Assembly (NCBI RefSeq): GCF_000175255.2
Contig: NC_017183.1
Location: forward strand, 1 to 32,000
DNA length: 32,000 nt
Direction: 5' to 3'
From: Zymomonas mobilis subsp. mobilis ATCC 10988
Lineage (GTDB): Bacteria > Pseudomonadota > Alphaproteobacteria > Sphingomonadales > Sphingomonadaceae
The position numbers were made by a program, and so were the translations under genes. This document shows positions 18,708 to 26,325 of this stretch, piece after piece; the stretch's first letter is position 1, and each line of letters starts with the position of its first letter. The notes under the pieces are model-generated. The model made no database searches. It was given only the letters and a program-made list of their open reading frames with translations, and was not told the DNA's origin.

Positions 18708-20078
18708 ATGAACGCATACGGAGAATTTTGTGGAAATAAAAAAATAAGTATTAAAAATTTCAGAGGCATTCAAAATGCCGATTTTGATTTTTGCAATAAA
18801 GTTAATCTAATAGTTGGTATTAATGGCGCAGGAAAAACGAGTGTTTTAGATAGTATAGCTCTATTATTATCATGGCTTATTAACAGAACTCTTAATAAAA
18901 ATTCTTCAGGACAACCAATTAATGATTTGAGTATTCGTAATGGGTGTCGGGAGGCCGCTCTTTCGATAACAGTAAATTATGATAATCAAGATTTTAACTG
19001 GATGCTTGTAAAAACAGGGAGAGGCTTAAATGCTAGATCTCAGAAATCAGAACTTTCTCTCTTGGCGGCTCTTTCCAAGAGATTCCAAATAGAGTTGGAT
19101 AATAAAAACGATGAGGCTTCACTGCCTTTGTTTGTCTATTATCCTGTAGATAGGGCAATTGTAAAGGTACCTATTCGGCGTCGAAGAAGACAGGCTTTTA
19201 GTCAATTATCTGCATATGATGAGGCTCTTAACCCAAACGTAAATTTTAAAAGTTTTTTTGAATGGTTTCGATTTGAGCAAGAGAAACATAATTCTTCTTT
19301 AGCTAATCTTCTGCATTCTATGGATTTGTCGGATACTGATTCCCTGCTTTTTAAAGCTACAAAATACAGAAAAACTATAAAAGAAATTCTTAAGGAATTA
19401 TATAATCCTCTATCTTCTAAAGGGTTGAAGGCGGTATGCCAAGCTATTTATGAATTTATGCCAGGATTTTCTGACCTTAGAGTTTTATACGAGCCATTAA
19501 GAATGGTGATCGAAAAAGAAGGTGTGCATTTAAATCTCCTTCAACTCTCTGGAGGAGAAAAATGTATGTTAGCGTTAATTGGAGATATCGCCCGACGACT
19601 TGTTCTAGCAAATCCCAGCATGGACAATCCCCTAAAAGGTAAAGCTATCATCTTGATAGATGAAATCGATCTTCACCTTCATCCAAGGTGGCAAAAAAAT
19701 ATTATAGAACGATTAAATTCTACATTTCCTAATTGTCAGTTTATTATAACAACACACTCTCCTCATATTATAACTCACGTTCATTCAAATTGTATATCCA
19801 TCATTTCTACAAATGAAAATGGAGCTTTTAATGTAAGTAAGGCTCGAAATTCTTACGGATTTTCTTCAGAAGTTCTTTTGTCTGAAATTATGGGACTGGA
19901 CACAACGCGTCCCCAAAAGATCCAAGATAAATTGGATAAAATTTTTCAAAATATTTCAGACAATGAACTGGATGAGGCAGAAACAAAGCTACAATGTTTA
20001 AAAACAATAATGAGAGACGATCCCGATGTCGTAAAAGCTGAGGCTCTTATTTTTAGAAAAAAAATTATCAATAAATGA
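18708..20078 (+). CDS. ptuA: Septu PtuA-like AAA ATPase (AAA_15/21 type)
   Basis: 456 aa. Walker A GINGAGKTSVLD, ABC-signature-like LSGGEK, Walker B ILIDEIDLHLHP and a TTHSP switch. Overlaps the downstream HNH gene by 4 nt. AT-rich. Confidence 0.75.
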   Translation: MNAYGEFCGNKKISIKNFRGIQNADFDFCNKVNLIVGINGAGKTSVLDSIALLLSWLINRTLNKNSSGQPINDLSIRNGCREAALSITVNYDNQDFNWMLVKTGRGLNARSQKSELSLLAALSKRFQIELDNKNDEASLPLFVYYPVDRAIVKVPIRRRRRQAFSQLSAYDEALNPNVNFKSFFEWFRFEQEKHNSSLANLLHSMDLSDTDSLLFKATKYRKTIKEILKELYNPLSSKGLKAVCQAIYEFMPGFSDLRVLYEPLRMVIEKEGVHLNLLQLSGGEKCMLALIGDIARRLVLANPSMDNPLKGKAIILIDEIDLHLHPRWQKNIIERLNSTFPNCQFIITTHSPHIITHVHSNCISIISTNENGAFNVSKARNSYGFSSEVLLSEIMGLDTTRPQKIQDKLDKIFQNISDNELDEAETKLQCLKTIMRDDPDVVKAEALIFRKKIINK

Positions 20079-20692
20079 AACAAATAAAAAAAACAAAAGA
20101 GCCTCAGTCCTTTTCTGAATGGAAGGCTAAAGCAAATTCTGATTGGAAACCTGCATGGGAAAATTTACAGAATCCTGAAAAAGTAGATATTTTAGAAAAG
20201 TTAATTGAAGATCAACATGGAATATGTTGTTATTGTGAAGCTAGAATCTCTGTAGAATCTGCACATATTGAACATATAGTTCCAAGGAGTATTGATATTA
20301 GAAAAAGGTTATCTTTTTCTAACCTTTTAGCATCTTGTCAAAAAGAAACTCAAAAAGGGGATCCTCTGACTTGCGGAAAATCTCGTGGCGATTGGTACGA
20401 TAAAGATTTTTATTTGAATCCATGTGATGAGAATTCTCGAAAAGAAATTATCTACTTATTAGATGGAAATGTTACGGTACAAAATAAAAATTTTAAAATT
20501 TTTATCGAAAAAATCAATTTAAATATTGAGTCAAAAAAAAGAGCACGTTCTAACGTTATAGATATTTTTACAGATTTAGATACTAGCGATGCCCAAAAAA
20601 TATTGGACGTTTGGCTCTCTGAAAAAGTATATCATCCTTATATAAGTGCAGCTCTCACTGCTGCTAAAGAGTTATGTGGAATTGAATACTGA
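20075..20692 (+). CDS. ptuB: Septu PtuB-like HNH nuclease (TIGR02646-type)
   Basis: 205 aa. HNH core reads CCYCEARISVESAHIEHIVPRS. ATGA-coupled to the ATPase gene. Confidence 0.75.
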   Translation: MKQIKKTKEPQSFSEWKAKANSDWKPAWENLQNPEKVDILEKLIEDQHGICCYCEARISVESAHIEHIVPRSIDIRKRLSFSNLLASCQKETQKGDPLTCGKSRGDWYDKDFYLNPCDENSRKEIIYLLDGNVTVQNKNFKIFIEKINLNIESKKRARSNVIDIFTDLDTSDAQKILDVWLSEKVYHPYISAALTAAKELCGIEY

Positions 20693-20822
20693 GAAATTTT
20701 TAACTTTCTAACACTACTAGATCGGAGAGATTTTACTTTGGCCATTTCCACTGGTCGTGTTGCCATAGAAAATAGAGGAAATATTGGTGGTTATCTTTGT
20801 TCTTTCCAGACCTTAAAAAATT

Positions 20823-20864
20823 AATACGTAAATACGTATGTAGTTATCTACGTATTTACGTAAT
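20823..20864. repeat. TACGTA-palindrome repeat, copy 4 (variant, downstream of ptuB)
   Basis: aatacgta, then aaatacgta-tgtagttatc-tacgtattt (9-bp perfect arms), then acgtaat. Confidence 0.7.
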
Positions 20865-20894
20865 TTTATCCATATTATTCCCTTACTATTACTA

Positions 20895-21741
20895 GGCTCA
20901 GGACTCATTCTTTGAGATAGAAGATGAAACTTGCTGCGATATGGATTGCTGACATGAATGTGTGAGCGCACCGGTCGTATCGTGTTGCGACACGCCGCCA
21001 GTCTTTGAGCTTTGCGAACATATTTTCGATGAGGTGACGTTTTTTATACAGATGCCAGTCGTAAGGCGGCTTTGATTTCCGGTTCTTCTTCGGCGGAATA
21101 CAGGCGGTGATATTCCGGTCTGCGAGAGACTGTCTGATTTTATTACTGTCGTATCCCCGGTCCCCGAGAATTTCTTGTGTTTCTTCCGGCAGATTTGCCA
21201 GCAGAACATCCGCGCCTTTGAAGTCACTGACCTGACCTGCGGTCAGATGCAGCCGGACAGGGCGGCCCTGACTATCGCATACAGCGTGAAGCTTTGAGTT
21301 CAGTCCGCCTTTCGTGCGTCCGATATGGCGGGGAAAAGCCCCTTTTTGAGCAGGGAGGCCGCTGTCCGGTGTGCTTTCAGATGTGTTGCATCGATCATCA
21401 GACGCTTTGAACGGCCTGCCTGCTCCGTCAGGGCGACGAAGATCCGGTCAAAGACACCCAGGCGGCTCCACCGGATAAACCGGTTGTATAAAGTCTTGTG
21501 CGGGCCATACGCTTTCGGGGCGTCTTTCCACTGAAGGCCGTTGCGGATCACGTAAACGATCCCGCTCAGGACACGACGGTCATCGACACGCGGCACACCA
21601 TGCGCCAGTGGAAAAAACGGCTTAATCCGTTCCATCTGGTGCTCAGACAGCAAAAACACGTCACTCACAGCTTCACCTCCATCGGTAAACCTGTGAATCA
21701 CAACAGCCCGCTCAACTCAAGAAATTAACAGGTCCTGAGCC
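20895..21741 (-). mobile_element. IS5-family insertion sequence (IS427-group-like), apparently intact
   Basis: Terminal inverted repeats ggctcaggac (20895..20904) and gtcctgagcc (21732..21741). Flanked by TA on both sides within a CTAG context. Length 847 bp. Confidence 0.85.
20905..21701 (-). CDS. IS5-family DDE transposase, two frames joined by a probable programmed -1 frameshift
   Basis: OrfA is 21300..21701. At the slippery ctcaaaaaggg (about 21335) the -1 frame continues as GGLNSKLHAVCDSQGRPVRLHLTAGQVSDF...GDRGYDS...HLIENMFAKLKDWRRVATRYDR...YLKE*. The ORF-track entry 20898..21227 is the wrong frame. Confidence 0.8.
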
Positions 21742-22300
21742 TAGATAAGCCAACTAGCTTAACGACAAGCCTTTGAACATTGGATACGATCCCGCGACAA
21801 CGAACTAACAAAACATTCCAGTGTTCTAACTCTGAAAGTTTTTATTCTGCTATCAAGCCAGACTGACTGGATAGATGACATCAAAATTGCTGATTAAATC
21901 AGAGTGTCCTTGGTCAAGAAATAGTGGTAAAATTATGTCTAATGTTGCCAAAAATCTCGAATTGACTTAAATGTGGAGTTCTGCGTTGAAATGCGTTGGG
22001 TGGAGAAGAATAATTTTATTAGATTATCTGCTTTATAGGCCTAAATACAGGCATTTATGACCTGTCTTGCGTCATATTCCGATGCGTAAAAATCGGGGGG
22101 CAAATTTACCGCGGGTTTCGGCTGGCATCGAACGCAAAGGGTCTGAAAAAACATTTCTGAAATAATATTGCTAACGTTTCGTTAGACATTTTTGGGTAAA
22201 TTTTAGACATAAAAAATCTGTCAGTTGTGCCTCACGCTTGATAAGCGAGGCAGATGCGTTACCTTCATACCATTCACATGATGGCGATCGAGATAATTAA

Positions 22301-22367
22301 AATAAAGGCTTTTTTGCAATACGTATAAACGCATATAGCTAAATACGTATTTAAATTGATAGCTACG
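22301..22367. repeat. TACGTA-palindrome repeat, copy 5 (upstream of darG)
   Basis: aaataaaggcttttttgcaatacgtata, then the core acgcatatagctaaatacgt (22329..22348), then atttaaattgatagcta. Same orientation as copy 6. Confidence 0.85.
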
Positions 22368-22377
22368 CCCGACCGGA

Positions 22378-23469
22378 ATGGTATTTCTGATGATTATCTT
22401 CACGCAAGGCAACCTACTAGAAGCTAAAGTCGAGGCTCTTGTTAATACCGTTAACACCGTCGGTGTGATGGGTAAGGGTATTGCGCTCATGTTTAAAGAG
22501 CGCTTCCACGAGAACTTTCGCCTGTATTCTGCTGCGTGTAAGGCTAAGGAAGTTCAAATCGGTAAGATGTTCGTTACTCCAGTCTATGAACTAGGGGAAA
22601 CACGCTGGATTGTGAACTTTCCGACTAAACAGCATTGGCGTAATCCGTCACGAATAGAATGGATTATAAAAGGCTTACAGGATCTACGGCGTGTCCTGCT
22701 CGAAAAGAATATAAAATCTATTGCTATTCCTCCTTTGGGTGCTGGCAATGGCGGGCTTTCATGGAAAGATGTTCGTGGACAGATCGAGTTGGCCTTAAGT
22801 GATCTCGATATTGATATTTTTGTGTTTGAGCCGACTACCCAATACCAAAACGTGGCTAAGAGGACAGGCGTAGAAAAACTAACGCCCGCCCGCGCGTTAA
22901 TAGCTGAATTAGTCCGTCGATACTGGGTAATGAGTATAGAGTGTAGTTTGCTTGAAATTCAAAAGCTGGCTTGGTTTCTTCAGAGAGCTATTGAACAGTA
23001 TTCTCCAGATAATAATCCACTGAATTTAGATTTTCAGCCACATAAATATGGTCCTTATACTCATCAGCTAAACCACTTGTTGAATAATTTAGATGGGAGC
23101 TATCTTCATTCTGATAAACGTATCAGCGATAGCGACCCGCTGGATGTCATTTTATTTGTTGATAAGCGCAAAGACGATTTACAGGCTTATTTGAAAAGTG
23201 AGGCCAAGCCTTACAGGCAAGCATTAGAATCTGCCGCCATGCTTATTGATGGTTTTGAGTCCCCCTTTGGGATGGAGCTGCTGGCTACAGTTGACTGGCT
23301 GCTAACTCGCGAAAATATAGAACCTAATGTGTCAGCTTTACGTAAGGGATTGCGTTCTTGGCGAGGTGGTGCAGATGCGGCCTTGCGTAAAGATCGAATT
23401 TTTAATGACCGATCTTTGGGAATTGCCCTTGATCGCTTAACTAAAATCTCTACGCCTGTAATGGCGTAG
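22378..23469 (+). CDS. darG: DarG-like macrodomain DNA ADP-ribosyl glycohydrolase (antitoxin) without a cognate darT
   Basis: The N-terminal 150 aa match the DarG macrodomain pattern almost motif for motif ([57 protein letters not shown]). The C-terminal roughly 200 aa contain a KLAWFLQ...KYGPY block. The likely true start is the ATG at 22390 ([10 protein letters not shown]). Confidence 0.8.
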   Translation: MVFLMIIFTQGNLLEAKVEALVNTVNTVGVMGKGIALMFKERFHENFRLYSAACKAKEVQIGKMFVTPVYELGETRWIVNFPTKQHWRNPSRIEWIIKGLQDLRRVLLEKNIKSIAIPPLGAGNGGLSWKDVRGQIELALSDLDIDIFVFEPTTQYQNVAKRTGVEKLTPARALIAELVRRYWVMSIECSLLEIQKLAWFLQRAIEQYSPDNNPLNLDFQPHKYGPYTHQLNHLLNNLDGSYLHSDKRISDSDPLDVILFVDKRKDDLQAYLKSEAKPYRQALESAAMLIDGFESPFGMELLATVDWLLTRENIEPNVSALRKGLRSWRGGADAALRKDRIFNDRSLGIALDRLTKISTPVMA

Positions 23470-23552
23470 AGTGTCTTATCTCTTCTTTATTGAGGAAGCT
23501 ATTAGGCCGAAATAGTCATCTGTTTTCAATTAGGTAATTATCCATAACGCCT

Positions 23553-23650
23553 AAAATAAAGGTTTTTTATAAATGGAGATACGTCTTAACGTATATAGCT
23601 AAATACGTATTTAAGTTAATAGCTATATTTGTATTTACGTATTATGTAGC
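23553..23650. repeat. TACGTA-palindrome repeat, copy 6 (downstream of darG)
   Basis: aaaataaaggttttttataaatggagatacgtctta, then the core acgtatatagctaaatacgt (23589..23608), then atttaagttaatagcta...gtatttacgtatt. Confidence 0.85.
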
Positions 23651-23783
23651 CTGATGCTACTTATATGATATTCGGTTAGCTGGGAGAGATAATGTAAAGA
23701 TACAGCCCGTTATTAACAGAAGGTTGAATGCCAATTTCACAGGAATTGCAGCGGTTAGAAAGAAAAGGGCTTTTGGTTCTTAA

Positions 23784-24047
23784 TTAAAAGAAATCGGGTG
23801 GAGGTGCCGGTGCCGGAACAGCATTTGCGTCGAATGCGAACAAGGCAAATTGCAACCAAGAGGGTTCTCGTTTTACTATCCCATTTTCAAAGCGAGAAAT
23901 CGATTGTTGTGTAGTGGTGAAAATAGCACCTCGCTTTTCAGCTTCCTTAGAAACCATATCGGCTAGCTTTTGCGCACTCCATCCCCTTTTTATCCGAGAC
24001 GCTCGAACAAACTCGCGGAGCTTATCTAAATCCGTTAAGTTATCCAT
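23784..24047 (-). CDS. atypical HTH (XRE-like) protein, paralog 1 of 3
   Basis: 87 aa. Carries the shared N-terminal module (RGWSAQKLAD...QQSISRFENG..K..PSWL). Confidence 0.65.
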   Translation of the reverse strand: MDNLTDLDKLREFVRASRIKRGWSAQKLADMVSKEAEKRGAIFTTTQQSISRFENGIVKREPSWLQFALFAFDANAVPAPAPPPDFF

Positions 24048-24052
24048 CTGGC

Positions 24053-24559
24053 CTATTCGTTGTAAAGCAAAGGGTGAGATAACGCGACTGGGAATTTTTT
24101 TGCCAGTGAAGATGCAATATTTTGTTTAAGTGACCATGAGTCACTAAAGTCTACATCCAAAGGAACTAATAAACTCAAAAACAAGTTTTTGAGTTTATCT
24201 TCGCTTGGAAGAATTTCTTTATAGATAATTTTTTTATTATCATCTTCTGATATTGTATCAGTCGAAAATTTCGGTTCTTCTTCTTTTGTGAAAGAAGGTT
24301 TAGATACTACAAAATCTGTTAGTTTAGCCTGCTCCAACAAAGCTGCTTTTACATAATTCAGCCACAGAGGTATCGACTTTATTTTTCCATTTTCAAACAA
24401 GGAAATAGATTGCTGTTGTAAATTTAGTTTAACGCCATGACGTGCAGCCACCTGTTTTGCTTCGTCAGCTAACTTTGCTGCCGTCCAGTTTATACGTTTA
24501 CGCTCATTTCTTATCCATGTGCGTATTTCGTCTATTTTTGAGATACTGGTCTGCGTCAT
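24053..24559 (-). CDS. atypical HTH (XRE-like) protein, paralog 2 of 3
   Basis: 168 aa. Same N-terminal module (INWTAAKLADEA...QQQSISLFENGKIKSIPLWL). Its C-terminal block LKNLFLSLLVPLD...IASSLAKKFP is shared with paralog 3. Confidence 0.65.
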   Translation of the reverse strand: MTQTSISKIDEIRTWIRNERKRINWTAAKLADEAKQVAARHGVKLNLQQQSISLFENGKIKSIPLWLNYVKAALLEQAKLTDFVVSKPSFTKEEEPKFSTDTISEDDNKKIIYKEILPSEDKLKNLFLSLLVPLDVDFSDSWSLKQNIASSLAKKFPVALSHPLLYNE

Positions 24560-24584
24560 AATATCTATTTATACCAAAAAGATA

Positions 24585-25034
24585 TTACTGAAACAAACTT
24601 ATCTGTTCCAAGCCTTTCGGAAGACGTTGCGCTAAAATACTGGCAATTTTTCGTTTTAATTGGGGTGTTATATCTTCCTCTACTGGAGTTAAAAGACCCA
24701 GAAACAATTTTTTAAGATCTTTTTCTTCCGGAAGGCCGACATTTTTTGATGCATTACATTTTGTTAAGGTAATGGAGTTCATCGTCGGAGAGATAGGGTT
24801 ATTCTCAAATGCAGCCATTACATAAGGCATCCATGACGGAATGCTCTTAATTTGCCCAAGTTCAAAGGCAGAAATGGATTGCTGCTTAAGGTTACTTTCG
24901 ACGTTTCTTTGTTTTGCAGCCATACGCGCTTCTTCAGCGAGTTTTGTTCGACTCCAGCCTCGTAGCTGTCGTTCTTCAAAAATCCACTTACGGAATTTTT
25001 CAACAGTTCTCAATTTTGAAGATGCTTCATTCAT
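24585..25034 (-). CDS. atypical HTH (XRE-like) protein, paralog 3 of 3
   Basis: 149 aa. N-terminal module RGWSRTKLAEEA...KQQSISAFELGQIKSIPSWM. C-terminal block LKKLFLGLLTPVE...IASILAQRLP. Confidence 0.65.
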   Translation of the reverse strand: MNEASSKLRTVEKFRKWIFEERQLRGWSRTKLAEEARMAAKQRNVESNLKQQSISAFELGQIKSIPSWMPYVMAAFENNPISPTMNSITLTKCNASKNVGLPEEKDLKKLFLGLLTPVEEDITPQLKRKIASILAQRLPKGLEQISLFQ

Positions 25035-25076
25035 GCAGCGATTCTACAATTGAATCAGATCTCAAACACCTGAAAA

Positions 25077-25172
25077 ACAATTGCATAATTTTTTATAAAA
25101 CTGAAAAATGATTTTTTTATATTGCAAAAAATTGCAAATCATAATATCCACAATAAAATGCAATTTTTTGGA
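25077..25172. promoter_or_regulatory. AT-rich divergent control region with repeated TTGCA(A/T) plus T/A-run boxes
   Basis: Boxes: attgcataatttttt (25080), attgcaaaaaattgcaaatc (25121) and aatgcaattttttgg (25157). They lie between the divergently oriented HTH operon and the small-gene operon. No function has been shown. Confidence 0.3.
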
Positions 25173-25314
25173 TTCGATTTAACTATGTTTCTATCTTTAG
25201 AGAATTTCTTTCGGCAAGAGTCAATCAAAAATTTGACTGTGGTTTAGGTAAAAAGAAAAAAATCACAATTTTTTGTTGGTTAGATACAATTATATACTCA
25301 AAAAGGTAGATAAA

Positions 25315-25536
25315 ATGATGGCAAACGAAGGTAAAGATATAAAGCCATCTACCATAATTCTATTTTGCCAACAGTTTGATTTGAAAAACAATAATCACGA
25401 TTATTGTTCTCAATTAATAGGCCGTCAATCTCTAAAAATCTTTTTTAAATCTAGCACTAACAAGACAGCCATAGCTTGTCTTTCATTGGGGCGGCCAGTT
25501 TCCCTTCGGGTGAAGAGTAAGATCAATGACAATTAA
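25315..25536 (+). CDS. hypothetical small protein (73 aa from ATG 25315)
   Basis: An ORF with an aaaagg RBS-like element about 9 nt upstream of ATG 25315. Its end overlaps the start of the next ORF. No motif recognised. Confidence 0.4.
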   Translation: MMANEGKDIKPSTIILFCQQFDLKNNNHDYCSQLIGRQSLKIFFKSSTNKTAIACLSLGRPVSLRVKSKINDN

Positions 25537-25843
25537 AACAGCCGAAAATATGCCCTCCTTAATTGATGGCGAGATCAGCACATTCAAGCAGAAGATTAGC
25601 AATGCCATGTATCTTTATATGGGGCAGATGGAATGCGGTCTTCGCCTGTTGATGGATCGCTTGGAAGGTATTCGTCGGGCAGAAGAGACCCGCTCTTATG
25701 CTTTACTGGAAAATGTCTCAAAAGATGAATTAATAAGATTTAATACTGAAATATTAAGTCTTATCGAGGTGATTAAACGTTCGGCAACTACGGCCAATGA
25801 GGGCTTGAACGGCTTTATCCAAAACTTTGGTTCGTCTTTATGA
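25526..25843 (+). CDS. hypothetical helical protein (105 aa)
   Basis: The start overlaps the end of the preceding ORF by 11 nt. The sequence looks helical. No motif recognised. Confidence 0.45.
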   Translation: MTIKTAENMPSLIDGEISTFKQKISNAMYLYMGQMECGLRLLMDRLEGIRRAEETRSYALLENVSKDELIRFNTEILSLIEVIKRSATTANEGLNGFIQNFGSSL

Positions 25844-25967
25844 CCCATTGTTTTTTCAGCCTTTCCTATTTGGAAAAGACCTGTTCTGTTTCCGTCAGTT
25901 CTAACCTTGGGCTTCAGACCGAGGCCTATTCGGCACCCCCTCATCTTCTCATTGGAGAGACCGTCTT

Positions 25968-26219
25968 ATGAGTTCTATTCATGCGACCGAAGAGCTGACT
26001 GAAAAGCTCCAATCCATTATCCGTCTTGAAGAAGAAAAGGCGCGTTTGGATGGCCAGATTGCCGAAGCCTATCGTGATCTGAAAGGCCAGAAATACGACA
26101 TCAAGAAGGCCAAGCTTGCGGTCAGCCGTTCGCGGAAAGGTCATCCTGAAAACTCTATTCGTATTCTGATCAACCAGATCGTCAATGATCGGGCGATGAG
26201 CCGGAAGCTTGTCCCGTGA
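25968..26219 (+). CDS. DUF2312 / GapR-like small DNA-binding protein
   Basis: KLQSIIRLEEEKARLDGQIAEAYRDLKGQKYDIKKAKLAVSRSRK parallels Caulobacter GapR ([48 protein letters not shown]), with a short deletion. Confidence 0.6.
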   Translation: MSSIHATEELTEKLQSIIRLEEEKARLDGQIAEAYRDLKGQKYDIKKAKLAVSRSRKGHPENSIRILINQIVNDRAMSRKLVP

Positions 26220-26268
26220 TCAGAACCGGCGCAGCCTCTTCCCTTTTATCTATTTCAAATTCAGGCCT

Positions 26269-26301
26269 GCCACAGCGGAGAATCTTCGCTGTGGCTTTTT
26301 T
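26269..26301 (+). terminator. Rho-independent terminator after the GapR-like gene
   Basis: gccacagcg (26269..26277), a 9-nt loop, cgctgtggc (26287..26295), then tttttt. Confidence 0.7.
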
Positions 26302-26325
26302 GCGTCCAAGACCGGAGCCCGCACA

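Noticed and set aside
20898-21227. ORF-track protein 20898..21227 as the second transposase ORF
   Set aside because: It is the wrong frame. The DDE-containing sequence (GDRGYDS...ATRYDR) is in a different frame that lacks its own ATG and is reached by frameshifting from OrfA.
21742-22377. Remnant of darT upstream of darG
   Set aside because: All three forward frames are interrupted by frequent stops. I saw no DUF4433-like motif such as the N-terminal YH.T...NL..I pattern. This cannot be excluded without a profile search.
22221-22490. ORF 22221..22490 (minus strand, 89 aa)
   Set aside because: It runs antisense across repeat copy 5 and the darG start, and has no recognisable motif. It is most likely a chance ORF.
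16790-23650. CRISPR array interpretation of the TACGTA repeats
   Set aside because: The copies are separated by irregular distances ranging from about 300 bp to about 3 kb and by whole genes. They are palindromic operator-like sites with variable architecture. No cas genes are present.
26209-26325. Upstream start (26209) for the Rep ORF
   Set aside because: That extension overlaps the GapR-like gene stop and reads straight through a strong hairpin plus T-run terminator (26269..26301). The ATG at 26326 is preferred.
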